52,474 nt of DNA from Tubiluchus corallicola (lineage: Eukaryota; Animalia; Priapulida): positions 1 to 52,474 of the forward strand of contig JAQGDQ010001245.1 of the NCBI GenBank assembly GCA_030141605.1. Reading direction: 5' to 3'. Below, piece by piece: positions 37,880-52,460 of the stretch. Both the position numbers and the translations under genes were made by a program. Position 1 is the stretch's first letter. Each line of letters begins with the position of its first letter. The notes beneath the pieces are model-generated. The model was given only the letters and a program-made list of their open reading frames with translations. It did no database searches and was not told where the DNA came from.

Positions 37880-39241
37880 ATGCCCGCTAGTGTTATCCAT
37901 GGATTTCGTACGATGTGTGAAAGTGTGAGATGCCATCATCATCGTTGCCGTGCGTCCGGAAGCAGCCAGTCAATCGATGATCACTCGTCGAATCGATCGA
38001 CTGTTATTAAACAAGAGATATGCAAAGTAATCGGTAGCATCGAGAGTCTGATAAGTGAGACATCCGCCACGTTGGACGATATCAAGTCGGTGATCGGACA
38101 GATCGATTCGGTCGCTAATCAAATAGAACATCTAGAGGTCAGCTCGGAGACCAGTGACCAGAACAAGGACAACGTTGGTCTGGCCACCAAGCGAGTTGGA
38201 CGTCATGAGGCCGACTCGAACAAAGATCAAATGGACGTTGTGGTCAGGCGAATCGAACCTCTCGAAACAAGTTCGATTAATCATCGCCACGTCGATTCCT
38301 GCTCGAAGAAAAAACGCATCAGTGCCAGTTCTAACACCGACGTCGTCTATCCGGAAGCTACTCAAACGGAAAGAACCGATAAAAGTTCAAGCACAAGTGG
38401 TCACCACCGAAGGTCAGCAGGTCATCAGCAGGTCATGAACGGACCACAGAACTCCAAACGGAAGAAGTCGAGGAAGGTCGTTGACTTTTCTCCCGGAACT
38501 TGGCGCATCAGGGCCAGAAACGTTCAGAACTCGTGCAGATGGTTTGCCGAGTTTAAACAGACGCCCATGATCTTCGAGGAAACCGAAGCTTATCGGGAAA
38601 TAGTCCGCGAGCTGTTTGGCGCCCCGGATCTCGTCCAGAAGCTGGATGGTAGTCGTGAAACTTTATCAACATTCTTGTCAGAGGAGAGTTTGTGGGACAT
38701 GGACCAACACCCCACCAGAACTTTCTCATTGTTTCCCAACACCAGTGAGCCAAAGAAGCCATGTGCATCATATCCGGGTAATAGACTTTCTAGGTCAAAT
38801 TTAAGGTCACCTGTTGATACTCCCCACACCAGTGAGCCAAAGAAGCCATGTCCATCATATCCGGGTAATAGATTTTCAATGTCAAATTTAAGGTCACCTA
38901 TTGATACGCCCATGGCCAGTCCAGTAGCCACACCAATGAATTCAGATTCCAACTTCAACCAAGACCTTCTTGATGACCTTTTCGCTACGGACTTTACCTT
39001 AAACGATACCATCTGCAGGGACAATACGGGAAACAAGCATGTCGACAGCAAACTGAAAGAGTTGCTAGGGACGCTGACTTGGCAGGGGGAAGCCAAAGAA
39101 AGTTTGCTAGTGAAAACGGATTTAGATGCAAATACAGAACTGTTTTTAAATGATTTGAATTACGAAACAGGTTATAGTAGCAACGTAAATACGTGGCACA
39201 AGTATGGAATGCTTTGTGAGGACATTAATGCCAACATTTAA
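37880..39241 (+). CDS. Uncharacterised 453-aa protein with a Largen/INSYN1 (DUF4589)-like N-terminal helix; single coding exon
   Basis: 1.48-kb stop-free non-repetitive frame with higher GC than flanks; acceptor ctctcttccattttcag| at 37825; first ATG 37880 (true start may lie in an upstream exon); AATAAA 125 nt after the stop. Confidence 0.7.
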   Translation: MPASVIHGFRTMCESVRCHHHRCRASGSSQSIDDHSSNRSTVIKQEICKVIGSIESLISETSATLDDIKSVIGQIDSVANQIEHLEVSSETSDQNKDNVGLATKRVGRHEADSNKDQMDVVVRRIEPLETSSINHRHVDSCSKKKRISASSNTDVVYPEATQTERTDKSSSTSGHHRRSAGHQQVMNGPQNSKRKKSRKVVDFSPGTWRIRARNVQNSCRWFAEFKQTPMIFEETEAYREIVRELFGAPDLVQKLDGSRETLSTFLSEESLWDMDQHPTRTFSLFPNTSEPKKPCASYPGNRLSRSNLRSPVDTPHTSEPKKPCPSYPGNRFSMSNLRSPIDTPMASPVATPMNSDSNFNQDLLDDLFATDFTLNDTICRDNTGNKHVDSKLKELLGTLTWQGEAKESLLVKTDLDANTELFLNDLNYETGYSSNVNTWHKYGMLCEDINANI

Positions 39242-39983
39242 CCAAACAAAGATTCTCAACCAGGAACCTAGCAAAAAAATGACCAATGCACTGGTTGGTC
39301 TGACAACTGCAGGTATCTAGAGTAGTCCACGCCCGTCATAGATACATGTCATGGCGCCTGCGTGGAATAAATTGTGCAGATTAACAAAAACAGTAATACA
39401 TTTCATGTGCGCATGCGTGGAATAAATTGTGCAGATTAACAAAAACAGTAATACATTTCATGTACGCATGCGTGGAATAAATTGTGCAGATTAACAAAAA
39501 CAGTAAATTACGTTTCGCTCTGAGTAAAGACCATTCACATGACTGAAGTTTTTTCCAAATGTGCAAAGTAGTTACCAGCTTTTTGTGGCAGGTCTGTTCG
39601 ATGCACATGACTGTGGGGCGACCGAAACCTATTTCATTATCACTGGCAATCTTCAAACATGAGACATTAGATCGACAGATGTGTCTTCGCCATCTTCGTT
39701 TGTGTAGCATCTTTCACTAAAGAGGTACTTGTAAATACCCACAGAAAGAATAGTAGCCGAATCTGTCTACGAACTTGCATTAAAACCATGGTCCTAAATC
39801 CATTACTGACCAGAGTCAGCGATGCTTCATTTTAGTTGCTAAACACATAGAGTAAATGCTCGGCTAAGAGGTACTTAAAACCCTTTTTTAAATTTTCAGT
39901 TGTCTGTATATCATAAATGCTTATAATAACTGTTATATTTTGAACATATTTTTGTTGTGTTTGTTGTGCGATGAAAATTTTAA

Positions 39984-40409
39984 AGGAAGACCGGACGATT
40001 GTTTAGACTCAAATTCATTTTAATTTACTGTCCAAAATATACAATTTCTTGTCTATAAAAGTTGGCAATTGTTCCCTATATTTGCATAAGTGTTACAGTA
40101 CTGATTAAATGCATGATGTCACGAAAAATGGGCTCTACGTCAGACGTCATGAAACTACCACTGCAGTTCATGATCATGCTTATCCCCGTACCGCCTTCTA
40201 TTTATCGGCCACGCGCACGTGACAAAGAGGCGCAGTTGCCAATCTTAGTAGATTCACTGAGCCGCGCGTAGCTTTGAAATTTAACAAAATTTGAGTGTCC
40301 GAAGTAATTATTATTTAATCTAAGCTTTGATTTAAAAAAAGCTATTGAGGTTTTCAATATTTTAGAGCATTCTTTATTCTGAACTCCTTTCGGAACTCCT
40401 GATTTTCCT
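39984..40409. mobile_element. Kolobok-like non-autonomous element
   Basis: TTAA|aggaagaccgg ... gattttcct|TTAA; TTAA flanks with RR...YY termini. Confidence 0.75.
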
Positions 40410-40614
40410 TTAAAATCTAACAGAAAAGTAGCTTTTACATTTGGTACATCCAACTTTCGGGAGTTTTCGTTTCTGTATGTATTGTGACAAGTTTTACGAG
40501 TTTAGATTGCATTTTGATGGCCAGTACCATCACACACTGGACTTGTCACGAGACTTCACCCAAGCTCTTGTAGTAGATAATTTCAGCTTCACAGTAAATA
40601 ATTTTTTTTCTGAC

Positions 40615-42165
40615 TTGTAACCTTAATCACAGCTATTGTCTTTCTAATTTTGTAACTTTGATCACATTCTGCCATTGTCTTTTTAATTTTGTAATCTTGA
40701 TCACGGCCTGCTTTTGTCTTCCTAATATTGTAATCTTGATCACAACCTGCCATTGTCTTTCTAATTTTGTAATCTTGATCACAACATGTCATTGTGTTCC
40801 TAATTTTGCAATCTTGATCACTGCCTGCCATTGTCTTTCTAAGTTTGTAATCTTGATCACAACATGTCATTGTGTTCCTAATTTTGCAATCTTGATCACA
40901 TCCTGCCATTGTGTTTCTAATATTGTAACCTTGATCACTGACTGCTATTGTCTTTAACCTTGATCACTGCCTGCCATTGTCTTTCTAATATTGTGACCTT
41001 GATCACATCCTGCCATCGTCTTCCTAATTTTGCAACCTTTAACACGACCTGTCATTGTGTTTCTAATATTGTAACCTTGATCACATCCCGCCATTGTCTT
41101 CCTAATTTTGCAACCTTTAACACGACCTGTCATAGTGTTTCTAATATTGTAATACTGATCACAACCTGCTCTCCGCGTTAATTCTTTGATCTCCATACTG
41201 TCATCTGTTTTAATTTATCTGTCAGCTAAACCTGGCGCGACTTTGATCCGATTAACTAAGCTCTTGCCGGGCTGATTTAATTTGATTTGACAACGAACAC
41301 GTAACAGCTTGAAGTTGAATTTCACAATGTCAGAATGTCGCCTCATTTCTAAAATGGTGAGATCCATTGTCATCCACTTGCCGAACACGAATATTAGCTC
41401 TAAAACGCAAAACGCAAAAGAGATAATATTAGGAACACAATGACAGGATGTGTTAAAGGTTGCAAAATTAGGAAGACAATGGCAGGATGTGATTAAGGTT
41501 ACAATATTAGAAAGACAATGGCAGGATGTGATTAAGGTTACAGTATTAGAAAGACAATGGCAGGATGTGATTAAGGTTACAGTATTAGAAAGACAATGGC
41601 AAGATGTGATTAAGGTTACAGTATTAGAAAGACAATGGCAGGAGATGATTAAGGTTACAAAATTAGAAAGACAATGGCAGGATGTGATTAAGGTTACAGT
41701 ATTAGAAGGACAATGGCGGGATGTGATTAAGGTTACAGTATTAGAAAGACAATGGCAGGATGTGATTAAGGTTACAGTATTAGAAAGGCAATGGCAGGAT
41801 GTGATTAAGGTTACAATATTAGAAAGACAATGGCAGGATGTGATTAAGGTTACAGTATTAGAAAGACAATGGCAGGATGTGATTAGGGTTACAATATTAA
41901 AAAGACAATGGCAGGATGTGATTAGGGTTACAATATTAGAAAGACAATGGCAGGATGTGACGAAGCTTACGGTATTAGAAAGACAATGGCAGGATGTGAT
42001 TAAGGTTACAGTATTAGAACGACAATGGCAGGATGTGATCAAGGTTACTGTATTAGAAAGACAATGGCAGGTGGTGATTAAGGTTACAGTATTAGAAAGA
42101 CAATGGCAGGATGTGATTAAGGTTACAAAATTAAAAAGACAATGGCAGGCAATGATAGTCAAGTA
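40615..42165. repeat. Two inverted 39-bp minisatellite arrays around an about 255-bp spacer
   Basis: Left unit tgccattgtctttctaatattgtaaccttgatcacatcc (40615-41170); right unit is its reverse complement (41425-42165). Confidence 0.93.
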
Positions 42166-43171
42166 GAACTATTTGTGTACAATATACTTTCCAACATAGC
42201 ATGTGTAAGACAGAAGGAAGCAAAGAAGCCAGCAAGGCGAAGCACTTATACGTTTGCTTCTAAAGAGATATTACCGCACAATTTCACGTTCATGCCTCTA
42301 GTTATCGCTGTTACGTGCATTTCGCCATTCATTAGTTAGACTGGCACTGGCGCCTGCATTTCGAAAAAATACTGCACAAAAAACAGGAGCTGTACCCCTC
42401 AGTCCATGGTGTTAGTTTGTGACGAACTACATACGTTCGACAGCTCATGCGTAAGCACAACGGTAAATTTGAAATTTGAATTTTTATCTTAAAACTTGCC
42501 TGGTTTTGGTACAACACACTGAATATCCTACTGTAGTACTGTACTTCAATTTTCGCTTTCGCAAACACGTGCAACCGGCCCGTGAAATATTTTTGCTGTT
42601 GGAAGTTATGTTAGTTTGTGACGCCATCAATAGTTGGGCTCGCCAGCCGATAATTAAGTTTTTGATCTCTAATTTAATTATCAGAAACGCTTTTGAAGTA
42701 CTAATTGTGTTAAAATGTATGCTTTTTTGGACTTGAAAATGGGGTAGTATATGAAAAATCACAAAAATAATGAATAACATGCAGGGTATATAACCTAGCA
42801 TTTGCAGCCACTAGTATCGAACTCACGACTGTGTGGTTGCAGCCCGAAATCTAAAACAGTCGGCAACCTCAGAAACCAGCAACCATATTTGATTATTGCA
42901 GATTTTATAAACCATTTTTCTAATCCGCGATAACGAGCTGAAGCCATTTTCCGTTCAAAATGAGCGACTTCAAGCATGAAATGATCGCAAGGTTAAATTG
43001 ATTTTACTAATTACACGAGATGCTTATCACAATTTCAATGCTGAAACTTTCTAACCTTTTCCAAATATTAAAATAAGCTCAGCTTCCCGAGAGACTTGGG
43101 AATTTGCTTTAAATAATGCCAGGCGCCAAAAAGCCTGCACAAAATCTGTCAACCTTTTCAGAAAACCTGCT

Positions 43172-43410
43172 CATGATGATGATGATGACGATGATGATGA
43201 CGATGATGAAGATGATGATGATGATGAAGGTGATGATGATGATGATGACTATGATGCTGACGATGATGGTGATGATGGTGATGATGGTGATAGTGATGAT
43301 GATGATGATGATTATGATGATGGTGGTGGTGATGATGATGATGATGATGATGATGATGACGACGATGATGATGATAATGATGATGATGACGACGACGATG
43401 ATGATTGTGA

Positions 43411-43444
<34 letters not shown>

Positions 43445-43972
43445 GGTGGTGATGATGATGATGATGATGATGATGATATGCCTTTAAGATCAGGTGACTA
43501 AGCTAATTTCAGTTTCTAACTGAACCAACATGACTAAACCCTTCTAACCTATTACGCGATCTTCCCAGAATGCTTGGCTTTTCTTTTAACTCTTTCTACA
43601 AAAACTTTGAAGAAATGAAATTGAATGTTTTCTATTTTTGGTGAACTTTTTGCTAAATTGGTGGCAAAAGAACCAAAACTACGTTGTTGCTTTAATTACT
43701 GCTGTTAAATATTAACGGTCATCATATTAACAAAACATTGCAGGGTACGATCAAAATTCTCTAAAGCGTTTGAACAGCCAAATTAATGCCTCTTGCTAAA
43801 CGCATAATCGTGTTTATGCGTTTAAAAGATTGTGCCTTTAAAACTACTTTATAGTGTAATTAAAAAAGTTAATGGCACAGTGTGGCACAAAATGAAGGTA
43901 ATTTGGCAAATCGTATGAAAAAAATCTGTTACTACCGGTACGTATTTCTTACAACTTTTGAACTGCTGTATT

Positions 43973-44005
<33 letters not shown>

Positions 44006-44233
44006 GGGCAGACAGACAAAGAAAGAGAGAAAGGAAGAAAGGAGACAGAGAGAGAGAAAGACAGAAAGAGTGAGAGAGAGGCAGGCAGAGAAAGAAAGAG
44101 AGAGCGCGAGGAAACAGAGAGAGAAAGAGAGAGAGAGAGACAGGGGGAGAGAGAGGGGGGTAGACAGAGAGAGAAAGAGAGAGAATGGAGACAGAGAGGG
44201 AGAGACGGAGAGAGAGTGAGTGAGAGAGGGGGG

Positions 44234-44272
<39 letters not shown>

Positions 44273-44448
44273 AAGGAGACACACAGAGAGAGAGATGGAG
44301 GAGAGAGGAGAGAGAGAGATAGAGAGGGGGAGGGAAAGGGAGATGTAAGAGAGCTTTACTACTGCTGCTACTACTGCTGCTGCTGCTGCTGATGCTGCTG
44401 CTGCTGCTACTTCTACTACTACTAGTATAACTACTACTACTAGTACTT

Positions 44449-44515
<67 letters not shown>

Positions 44516-44864
44516 CACTGCTACAACCACTTCTTGTGGTGTATGTTTTCAAAATCATTAACAGCCAATATAACATGAAATTTCTTGGTAGAACAGTCAC
44601 ATTTTTGCGAACACAATAAAATCCTCCCCTATAAACTGAACATCAAAGGAAGCCGATTTGCTAGGCACATTATTTTCAGTTCACAGTGACATTGGAGTGT
44701 TCAGGCTTCATATAATAATAATCCTAAATCTCTGATCCGCTTAACTGCAATATGGGCAAATCTTGAAACCTGAAAGAGATAGATGTGCCAGCCAGTGAAA
44801 ATGAAAAATTTTATTGCTGTGCAGGCGTGTGGTCATTAGATCATTAAGTCATAATAAAAGGATC

Positions 44865-44933
<69 letters not shown>

Positions 44934-45450
44934 AAGAGAGAGAGACAGAGAGAGAGCGAAAGAGAGAGAGAGAGAGAGAGAGAAGAGAGAGAGGGGGAGG
45001 GAGGGGGAGAGAGTCATTGTCGTCGTCGTCGTCGTCATCATCATCATCATCGTCATTTTCCCATCATCTGTATTGTCTCCATAAATCGGGACATCTCATA
45101 TTGCAGCAATGATCATTGTTGTTGTCATTACTAACATCATCGTTATCAGAACTATCATCATCACCTCCACTACCACCACCACCACTGCGATCATCATTAT
45201 TGTCATCATCATCATCATCATCGTCATCCTCGTCGTCATCATCATCATCATTTTGCCATCATCTGTATTGTCTCCATAAATCGGGACATCTCATATTGCA
45301 GCAATGATTATGATTGTTGTTATTACTAACATCAAGTTATCATAACTATCATGATCATCATAACTATCATCATCATCACCTGCACTACCACCACCACTAC
45401 CACCACTGCCATCATCATTATTGTCATCATCATCATCATCATCATAACCG
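43172..45450. repeat. Microsatellite cluster: (ATG)n 43172-43477, (GA)n 43973-44345, (CTG/CTA)n 44357-44525, (GA)n 44865-45012, (CAT)n 45015-45450
   Basis: Direct reading. Confidence 0.95.
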
Positions 45451-45741
45451 TCATCCTCCATTTCGTTCCATATTTTTCTAGTTCTTTCTGCTTATCTCAG
45501 AACATTTCTTATCAACTCATCCGCACTGCACGTTTCCATCTCTACGAATCAGAACGTCTCTTAGACAAAAGTGAATCATCTAAACGAAAGTCCAAGGAGC
45601 CGTGCACACTTGACTGATCAAAAACGAACATTTCCGACGACAAATTACGTCACATCCGCCTGTAAATTAAGCAATTTGGCAGCAGGCAGCCTGCTTGCTC
45701 GATTAATTTACTGATAATAAGGCATTCGGTGAGCGAGAGAA

Positions 45742-46442
<701 letters not shown>

Positions 46443-47247
46443 AGCGCCACCTGGTGCAGAAAACTGACACTTTATATTCGAAAATGTGTTTGGAAAAATG
46501 CAAAAAAGAAAAATATGAATCTGCGTAGAAAACGATATTTATCATTTTAATGTAATTTTGAGTAAATGTGTACATAATCTTAGATGTTATGTTTTAAAGC
46601 AAAACCGGACCGTAGATCAAACAGCGTACTTTATAAAAATGTTGAAAGGCAATATACTATTTTTTTTCAAAAAATGCACTTACGTGAAGGAATTATTACC
46701 ACACAAACACAATTTCACGTTCGCGCCACTTGTTCTTCGCTGCTACGTGCATTTCGCCATTCGCTGGTTAGATTGGCACTAGCGGCTGCATTTCGGAAAT
46801 GCACAAAAAACAGGTGCTGTACCTCTTGGTTCGCACGTGTTAGTTTATGACGAACTGCACACGTTCGACAGCTCATGCAATTCACTTTGAAAATTTGAGT
46901 TTTTATCTTAAAACTTGCTTAGTTTTCATACAACACATTTCAGATGTGTCAGTTTGCGATGAACTCACGGCTACACAGTTCATAACATTTTGCTTTTTTT
47001 AATACTTTCCTAACAGTGTAATCTAAATAATCCCAGTGAATGGTACTATGGACCTTAATTACTACAAATAATTGCTAAAGTGTTTTATAAGCAAGTTGAG
47101 GTACCTGAATTAAGGACATAATTATAATTGACTTATTTGTATATATAGTCTTGTATATATATATAGTCTTATTTCATGATACATTGCAGAATTATTGGCC
47201 AGCAAATAGAGGCCTTACATGTATATATGTGTGTAAATTAAGATTTG

Positions 47248-47257
47248 TCATCACCCC

Positions 47258-47340
<83 letters not shown>

Positions 47341-47387
47341 CCATCATCACCATCATCGTCATCTTCATCGTCACCATCATCATCATC

Positions 47388-47419
<32 letters not shown>

Positions 47420-47620
47420 CATCATCATCATTATCATCATAATCATCATCACCATCATCGTCATCCTCATCGTAATCGTCATCATCATCATCGTCGTCGT
47501 CATCATCATCGTCGTCGTCGCCGTCGTCGTTGTCGTCATCGCCATGATCCTCATCATCATGATCATCAACATCATCATCATTACCATCATCATCATCATC
47601 ATCATCATCACCATCATTAT
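47248..47620. repeat. (CAT)n microsatellite
   Basis: Direct reading. Confidence 0.97.
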
Positions 47621-48611
47621 CTAGTTTTCTGAAAAGGTTGACAGATTTTGTGCAGGTATGAAATTGTGATAAGCATCTGGTGTAATTAGGTAAAATCAAT
47701 TTAAAGTCGTGATTGCTTTACGCTTGGGAGCGCTCATTTTAAACGAAAAATGGCATCCGGTTTCCGTGCAATATAAACACATCCCACCAGCTAATTCAAA
47801 ATCTTTTTTCAAGCGAACTCTTTAAACTAAGTAACTCACCCGGTACCTACTCTATACTCGCAAGCTTACATGCGAAAGTCAACAAAAATCTGTAAATTAA
47901 TTATTTACACAATTAACGTTAATTACATGCACATTTTAAGGTGCAATCCTGCAGATTAAAACAATGTAATCACTTTAAATTTGATCACAATTTGATCGAA
48001 TGACTAATTTCTAGATAAACACAACATTAGAATAACGGCACTTCTAAGCAAATGCCTTCAGGGCATACACGCTGCCCAAGATCCGCCAGCTTACGTCATT
48101 TTTGAAATTTCGTCATTTCCGGGGTCAACGTTAGTTTGACGGGAGATCAAAAAATCTTTAAATTTCTTTTACATTTTTAAGCAAAGCATTCTGTGCGCGT
48201 ACTTTGTATTGTGATGTCGAAATTTTCAATTGTACGCTAAAATGCAATAAATGTTGTTCGAGGATTGTTCGTATGTTGGTTCTTCCTTCGTTAATCGTTA
48301 ATTCGTTAATTACAGCCCACGAAAATCGAAAAGCAGCAGCATCTTACGAAGCGAATTCATTTCACTTTTGCCCAAAATTTGCAAGGATAAAACCATTGAT
48401 TACTGAATTAGTGTCACTAAGGGTTGAAGCTAGATCCAATCCACCGCAGGCTTAGTAACAGTTACTACGCAAACGTGGAATGTCAACAATCTATTAATGA
48501 AATAAGCCTCTGATTGCTGACGGTGTCATATTAAATTTCTCTAATGGACTGTCTCCGTTTCCGAAATCAATTATCTGTGGCCTAGAGTGAAAAAATGAGA
48601 AAAAGAAACAC

Positions 48612-49351
48612 TGCATTCACACTACAAATATTGCGTTCACATGGTGGAAACTAGCCAGTGTGTGGTTGCATTCACACTACAAATATTGCGTTCACATGGT
48701 GGAAACTAGCCAGTGTGTGGTTGCATTCACACTACAAATATTGCGTTCACATGGCAAAAACTAGCCAGTGTGCGGTTGCATTCACAATACAAATATTGCG
48801 TTCACATGGCAAAAACTAGCCAGTGTGCGGTTGCATTCACAATACAAATATTGCGTTCACATGGCAAAAACTAGCCGGTGTGCGGTTGCATTCACAATAC
48901 AAATATTGCATTCACATGGCAAAAACGAGCCAGTGTGTGGTTGCATGCACACTATAAATATTGCGTTCACATAGCCAAAACTAGCCAGTGTGCGGTTGCA
49001 TTCACAATACAAATATTGCGTTCACATGGCAAAAACTAGCCGGTGTGCGGTTGCATTCACAATACAAATATTGCATTCACATGGCAAAAACGAGCCAGTG
49101 TGTGGTTGCATGCACACTATAAATATTGCGTTCATACAGGAGAAATTAACCAGTGTGTGGCATCATTCACACTACAAAAATTGTGTTCACATTGTAGAAG
49201 CTAGCCGTTGCATTCACACTACAAATGTTGCGTTCGCATGGCAAAATCTAGCCAGTGTTGTGGCTGAATTTACACTGCAAATATTGCGTTCACATGGTCG
49301 AAACTAACCGTGTGTAGTTGCATTCACACTATAAATATTGCGTTCACATGG
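48612..49351. repeat. 55-bp minisatellite, about 13 copies
   Basis: Unit ttgcattcacactacaaatattgcgttcacatggcaaaaactagccagtgtgcgg. Confidence 0.95.
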
Positions 49352-49616
49352 CGCTTACATTAGAGATCTAAACTTACAGCGCTCTTTCACTATGGGACGA
49401 AAGATGAAAGAAGCACTTGAACTCTTAATGGATTCAACACGGTGCATAATTACAGGGCTTCATTTTCTAAACCAAACAAGATGATGTTCGGTTCAGTTGC
49501 AAACATATTTGTTATTAATTCATTAAATCTCATTCATTCTTAAAATAAAATGATACAAAAGCCTGCATTTGCAGGGTAAGAGTACATAAATACATATATT
49601 TACATATATATAATAC

Positions 49617-50157
49617 ATGTGTATGTATGTGTATGTGTATGTATGTATGTATGTATGTATGTATGTATGTATGTATGTATGTATGTATGTATGTATGTAT
49701 GTATGTATGTGTATGTGTATGTATGTATGTATGTATGTATGTATGTATGTATGTATGTATGTATGTATGTATGTATGTATGTATGTATGTATGTATGTAT
49801 GTATGTATGTATGTATGTGCGTGTAATATGTATTGAGGCTCTCTTTATATATATTCTCTAACAGAATGACTATATTAATGAATACGATTTGAATTTTGAA
49901 GATTATTATCTGGGAATTTTGAAATAGTTGCAAAGACAGCTAAATTTTATACGGTTGTAAAGACAACTAAGGGGTAAACAATACAGGTGCTGAACCACGC
50001 CCTCACATGAAAGCTCCATAGGTCCGAATTTGTCTCGGCTCACATTCTGACCTTGGCCTTTTTCCTTTTGAAATAAAACACAGTGGGTTCCAGCTCTTGC
50101 CTAAACTTATCCCTTTGCCAAATTTGGTAATTACAATTTCGTCTCTCTCTCTCTCTC

Positions 50158-50205
<48 letters not shown>

Positions 50206-50252
50206 TCTCTCTTTTTCTCTCTCTCCCTTTTTTCTCTGTCTCTCTTTCTCTG

Positions 50253-50310
<58 letters not shown>

Positions 50311-50823
50311 GCAGCAATAAAAAATGGCAGCGATCGTTCCGCTCAGTTGGCTTTCCGGGAAGTTCTGCGTGGCTTCCCTTTACCTTTCCCTCTACTGATG
50401 GTCTTTCAAGCCAACCGTGACACCGTGACTGAAGCTTGAAATGTAAATGCTGCATCATTTATCATCGGAATTGCGACTTTTATGGTTCATCCACGCATTG
50501 AATCTCGGCAGTTTCCCGACCAGAACTGAATCCGTTTTTTGTCCGACGAAAGCGTTTTACAGTGTCTGCCACTTAAGGCAGCAGAATTCACATAAATCTC
50601 ATTAAATCGCATCACGGTTCTCAACACTGTCTTGTCTGCGTTATAATTTATTTTTCTCAATTTGAATAATAAGTTTTTAAATTATCAACTTATCCCGCAG
50701 TGGATCAGACATGCAAATTGTTGAAACATTATAAAATAAGACAAACTAGACACTGGGAGGAGGACTGTTGTGGAGATCCATTAGAATTAAATGGAAAATT
50801 GTAGAACAATCTTCTTATGTATG

Positions 50824-50854
<31 letters not shown>

Positions 50855-51017
50855 TGTATGTATGTATGTATGTATGTATGTATGTATGTATGTATGTATG
50901 TATGTATGTATGTATGTATGTATGTATGTATGTATGTATGTATGTATGTATGTATGTATGTATGTATGTATGTATGTATGTATGTATGTATGTATGCATG
51001 TATGTATGTATGTATGT
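49617..51017. repeat. Microsatellites (ATGT)n 49617-49818, (CT)n 50143-50306, (ATGT)n 50826-51017
   Basis: Direct reading. Confidence 0.95.
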
Positions 51018-51869
51018 AGTTTATTGACTAAAACAAGTTACACGTATACACGAGGAACGAGGTAAATGCCACAATCGATACATTAATGATTTTAGTCCAA
51101 ATGTCACTTTACGTACATTTCCTACTCAAGGTTATAGCATTAAAACAGTGTTATGCATACAAGGTACATCAGCATAAAAGTTGCAAAATTTCCTGACATA
51201 TTATGTAACAATTAGTGTGCTCAAAGAAGTGAGTTAAATCAGCAAAGTTTACATTGTCGTAGTGGTTTCTAATAATTGATGTTAGTGGGCGTAGGTAATG
51301 AACTAGGTAAGGTTTTAGCTGGCTGTTAAAACTGTTACTATTACAACAGCATGGGCTGTAAGGCGGTGGCAAGTGTACGTTGTCTGGTACACTTAACCTT
51401 TGACCTTTTCACGACTATCAGCAACCGTTGGAACTGTATGTCAGAGGTAAAGTGTACCACAGCAACTCTTGTAGTAAAACTTGTCAGCTTGTGTAGTTAT
51501 AGTCTATTCTTGCTGTAAATGTTTTTGTAAATAGTCTATAAAGTCTGTTGTGGTGAGGATCCTAAATCATGTTGTTCAAACTGTCTCATCCAATCCTATG
51601 ATAAATTATGTTTAAACTAAGGACTGGTCCCGCTGCAGGTGTTTTCATTCCTCAGAACTGTATGGAATCGCACGAATAGCTGTTTGTCTTTGAAGATCTT
51701 ACTAGAATGTTTAACGAACTGCCAAAACGCTTCATTCAAAAGTGAACATATCAAGCCACGTCTGCTGTGTATTCACATGTTGCATCTTGATAGTCTTAAT
51801 TATTTTCTTATCGTTTACACTTTCCGTATCAAAGCAGTACACGTGGCATTTTTACTATTTCATTTTTTC

Positions 51870-52460
51870 TATGCAAGTTTACCTTTGCCATTTTACCTAC
51901 CTTTCAGGTTGTGCAATTTTTCCCTGTGCCATTTTTACCATGTCATTTTTTTCTGTGCCTGTTTACCTGAGCCATTTTACCTACCTTTCACGTTGCGCCA
52001 TTTTTCCCGTGCCATTTTTACCTACCTTTTAGGTTGTGAAATTTTTTCCTGTGCCATTTTTACCATTTCATTTTTTGTGCCAGTTTATTTGTGCCATTTT
52101 TACCCACCTTTCAGGATATGCCATTTTTTCTGTGCCATTTTTATCATGTCACTTTTTCTGTGCCAGTTTACCTGTGCCATTTTTATTTACCTTTCACTTT
52201 GTGCCATTTTTCCTGTGCCATTTTTACAATTTCATTTTTTTCAATGCCAGTTACCTTTGCCATTTTTACCTACCTTTCACGTTGTGCCATTTTTTCTTGC
52301 GCAATTTTTACCTACCTTTCAGGTTGTGCCATTTTTTTCTGTGCCATTTTTACCATGTCATTTTTCCTGTGCCAGTTTACCTGTGCCATTTTTACCTACC
52401 TTTCACTTTGTGCAATTTTTCCTGTGCCATTTTTACCATGTCATCTTTTCTGTGCGAGCT
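51870..52460. repeat. Degenerate repeat built from tgtgccatttt(tacc) motifs
   Basis: Motif recurs about 30 times with a loose higher-order period. Confidence 0.85.

Noticed and set aside
41215-42166. 315-aa and 238-aa overlapping ORFs with 13-aa repeats
   Set aside because: By-product of a stop-free 39-bp (multiple of 3) unit; non-ATG starts; no splice or homology support.
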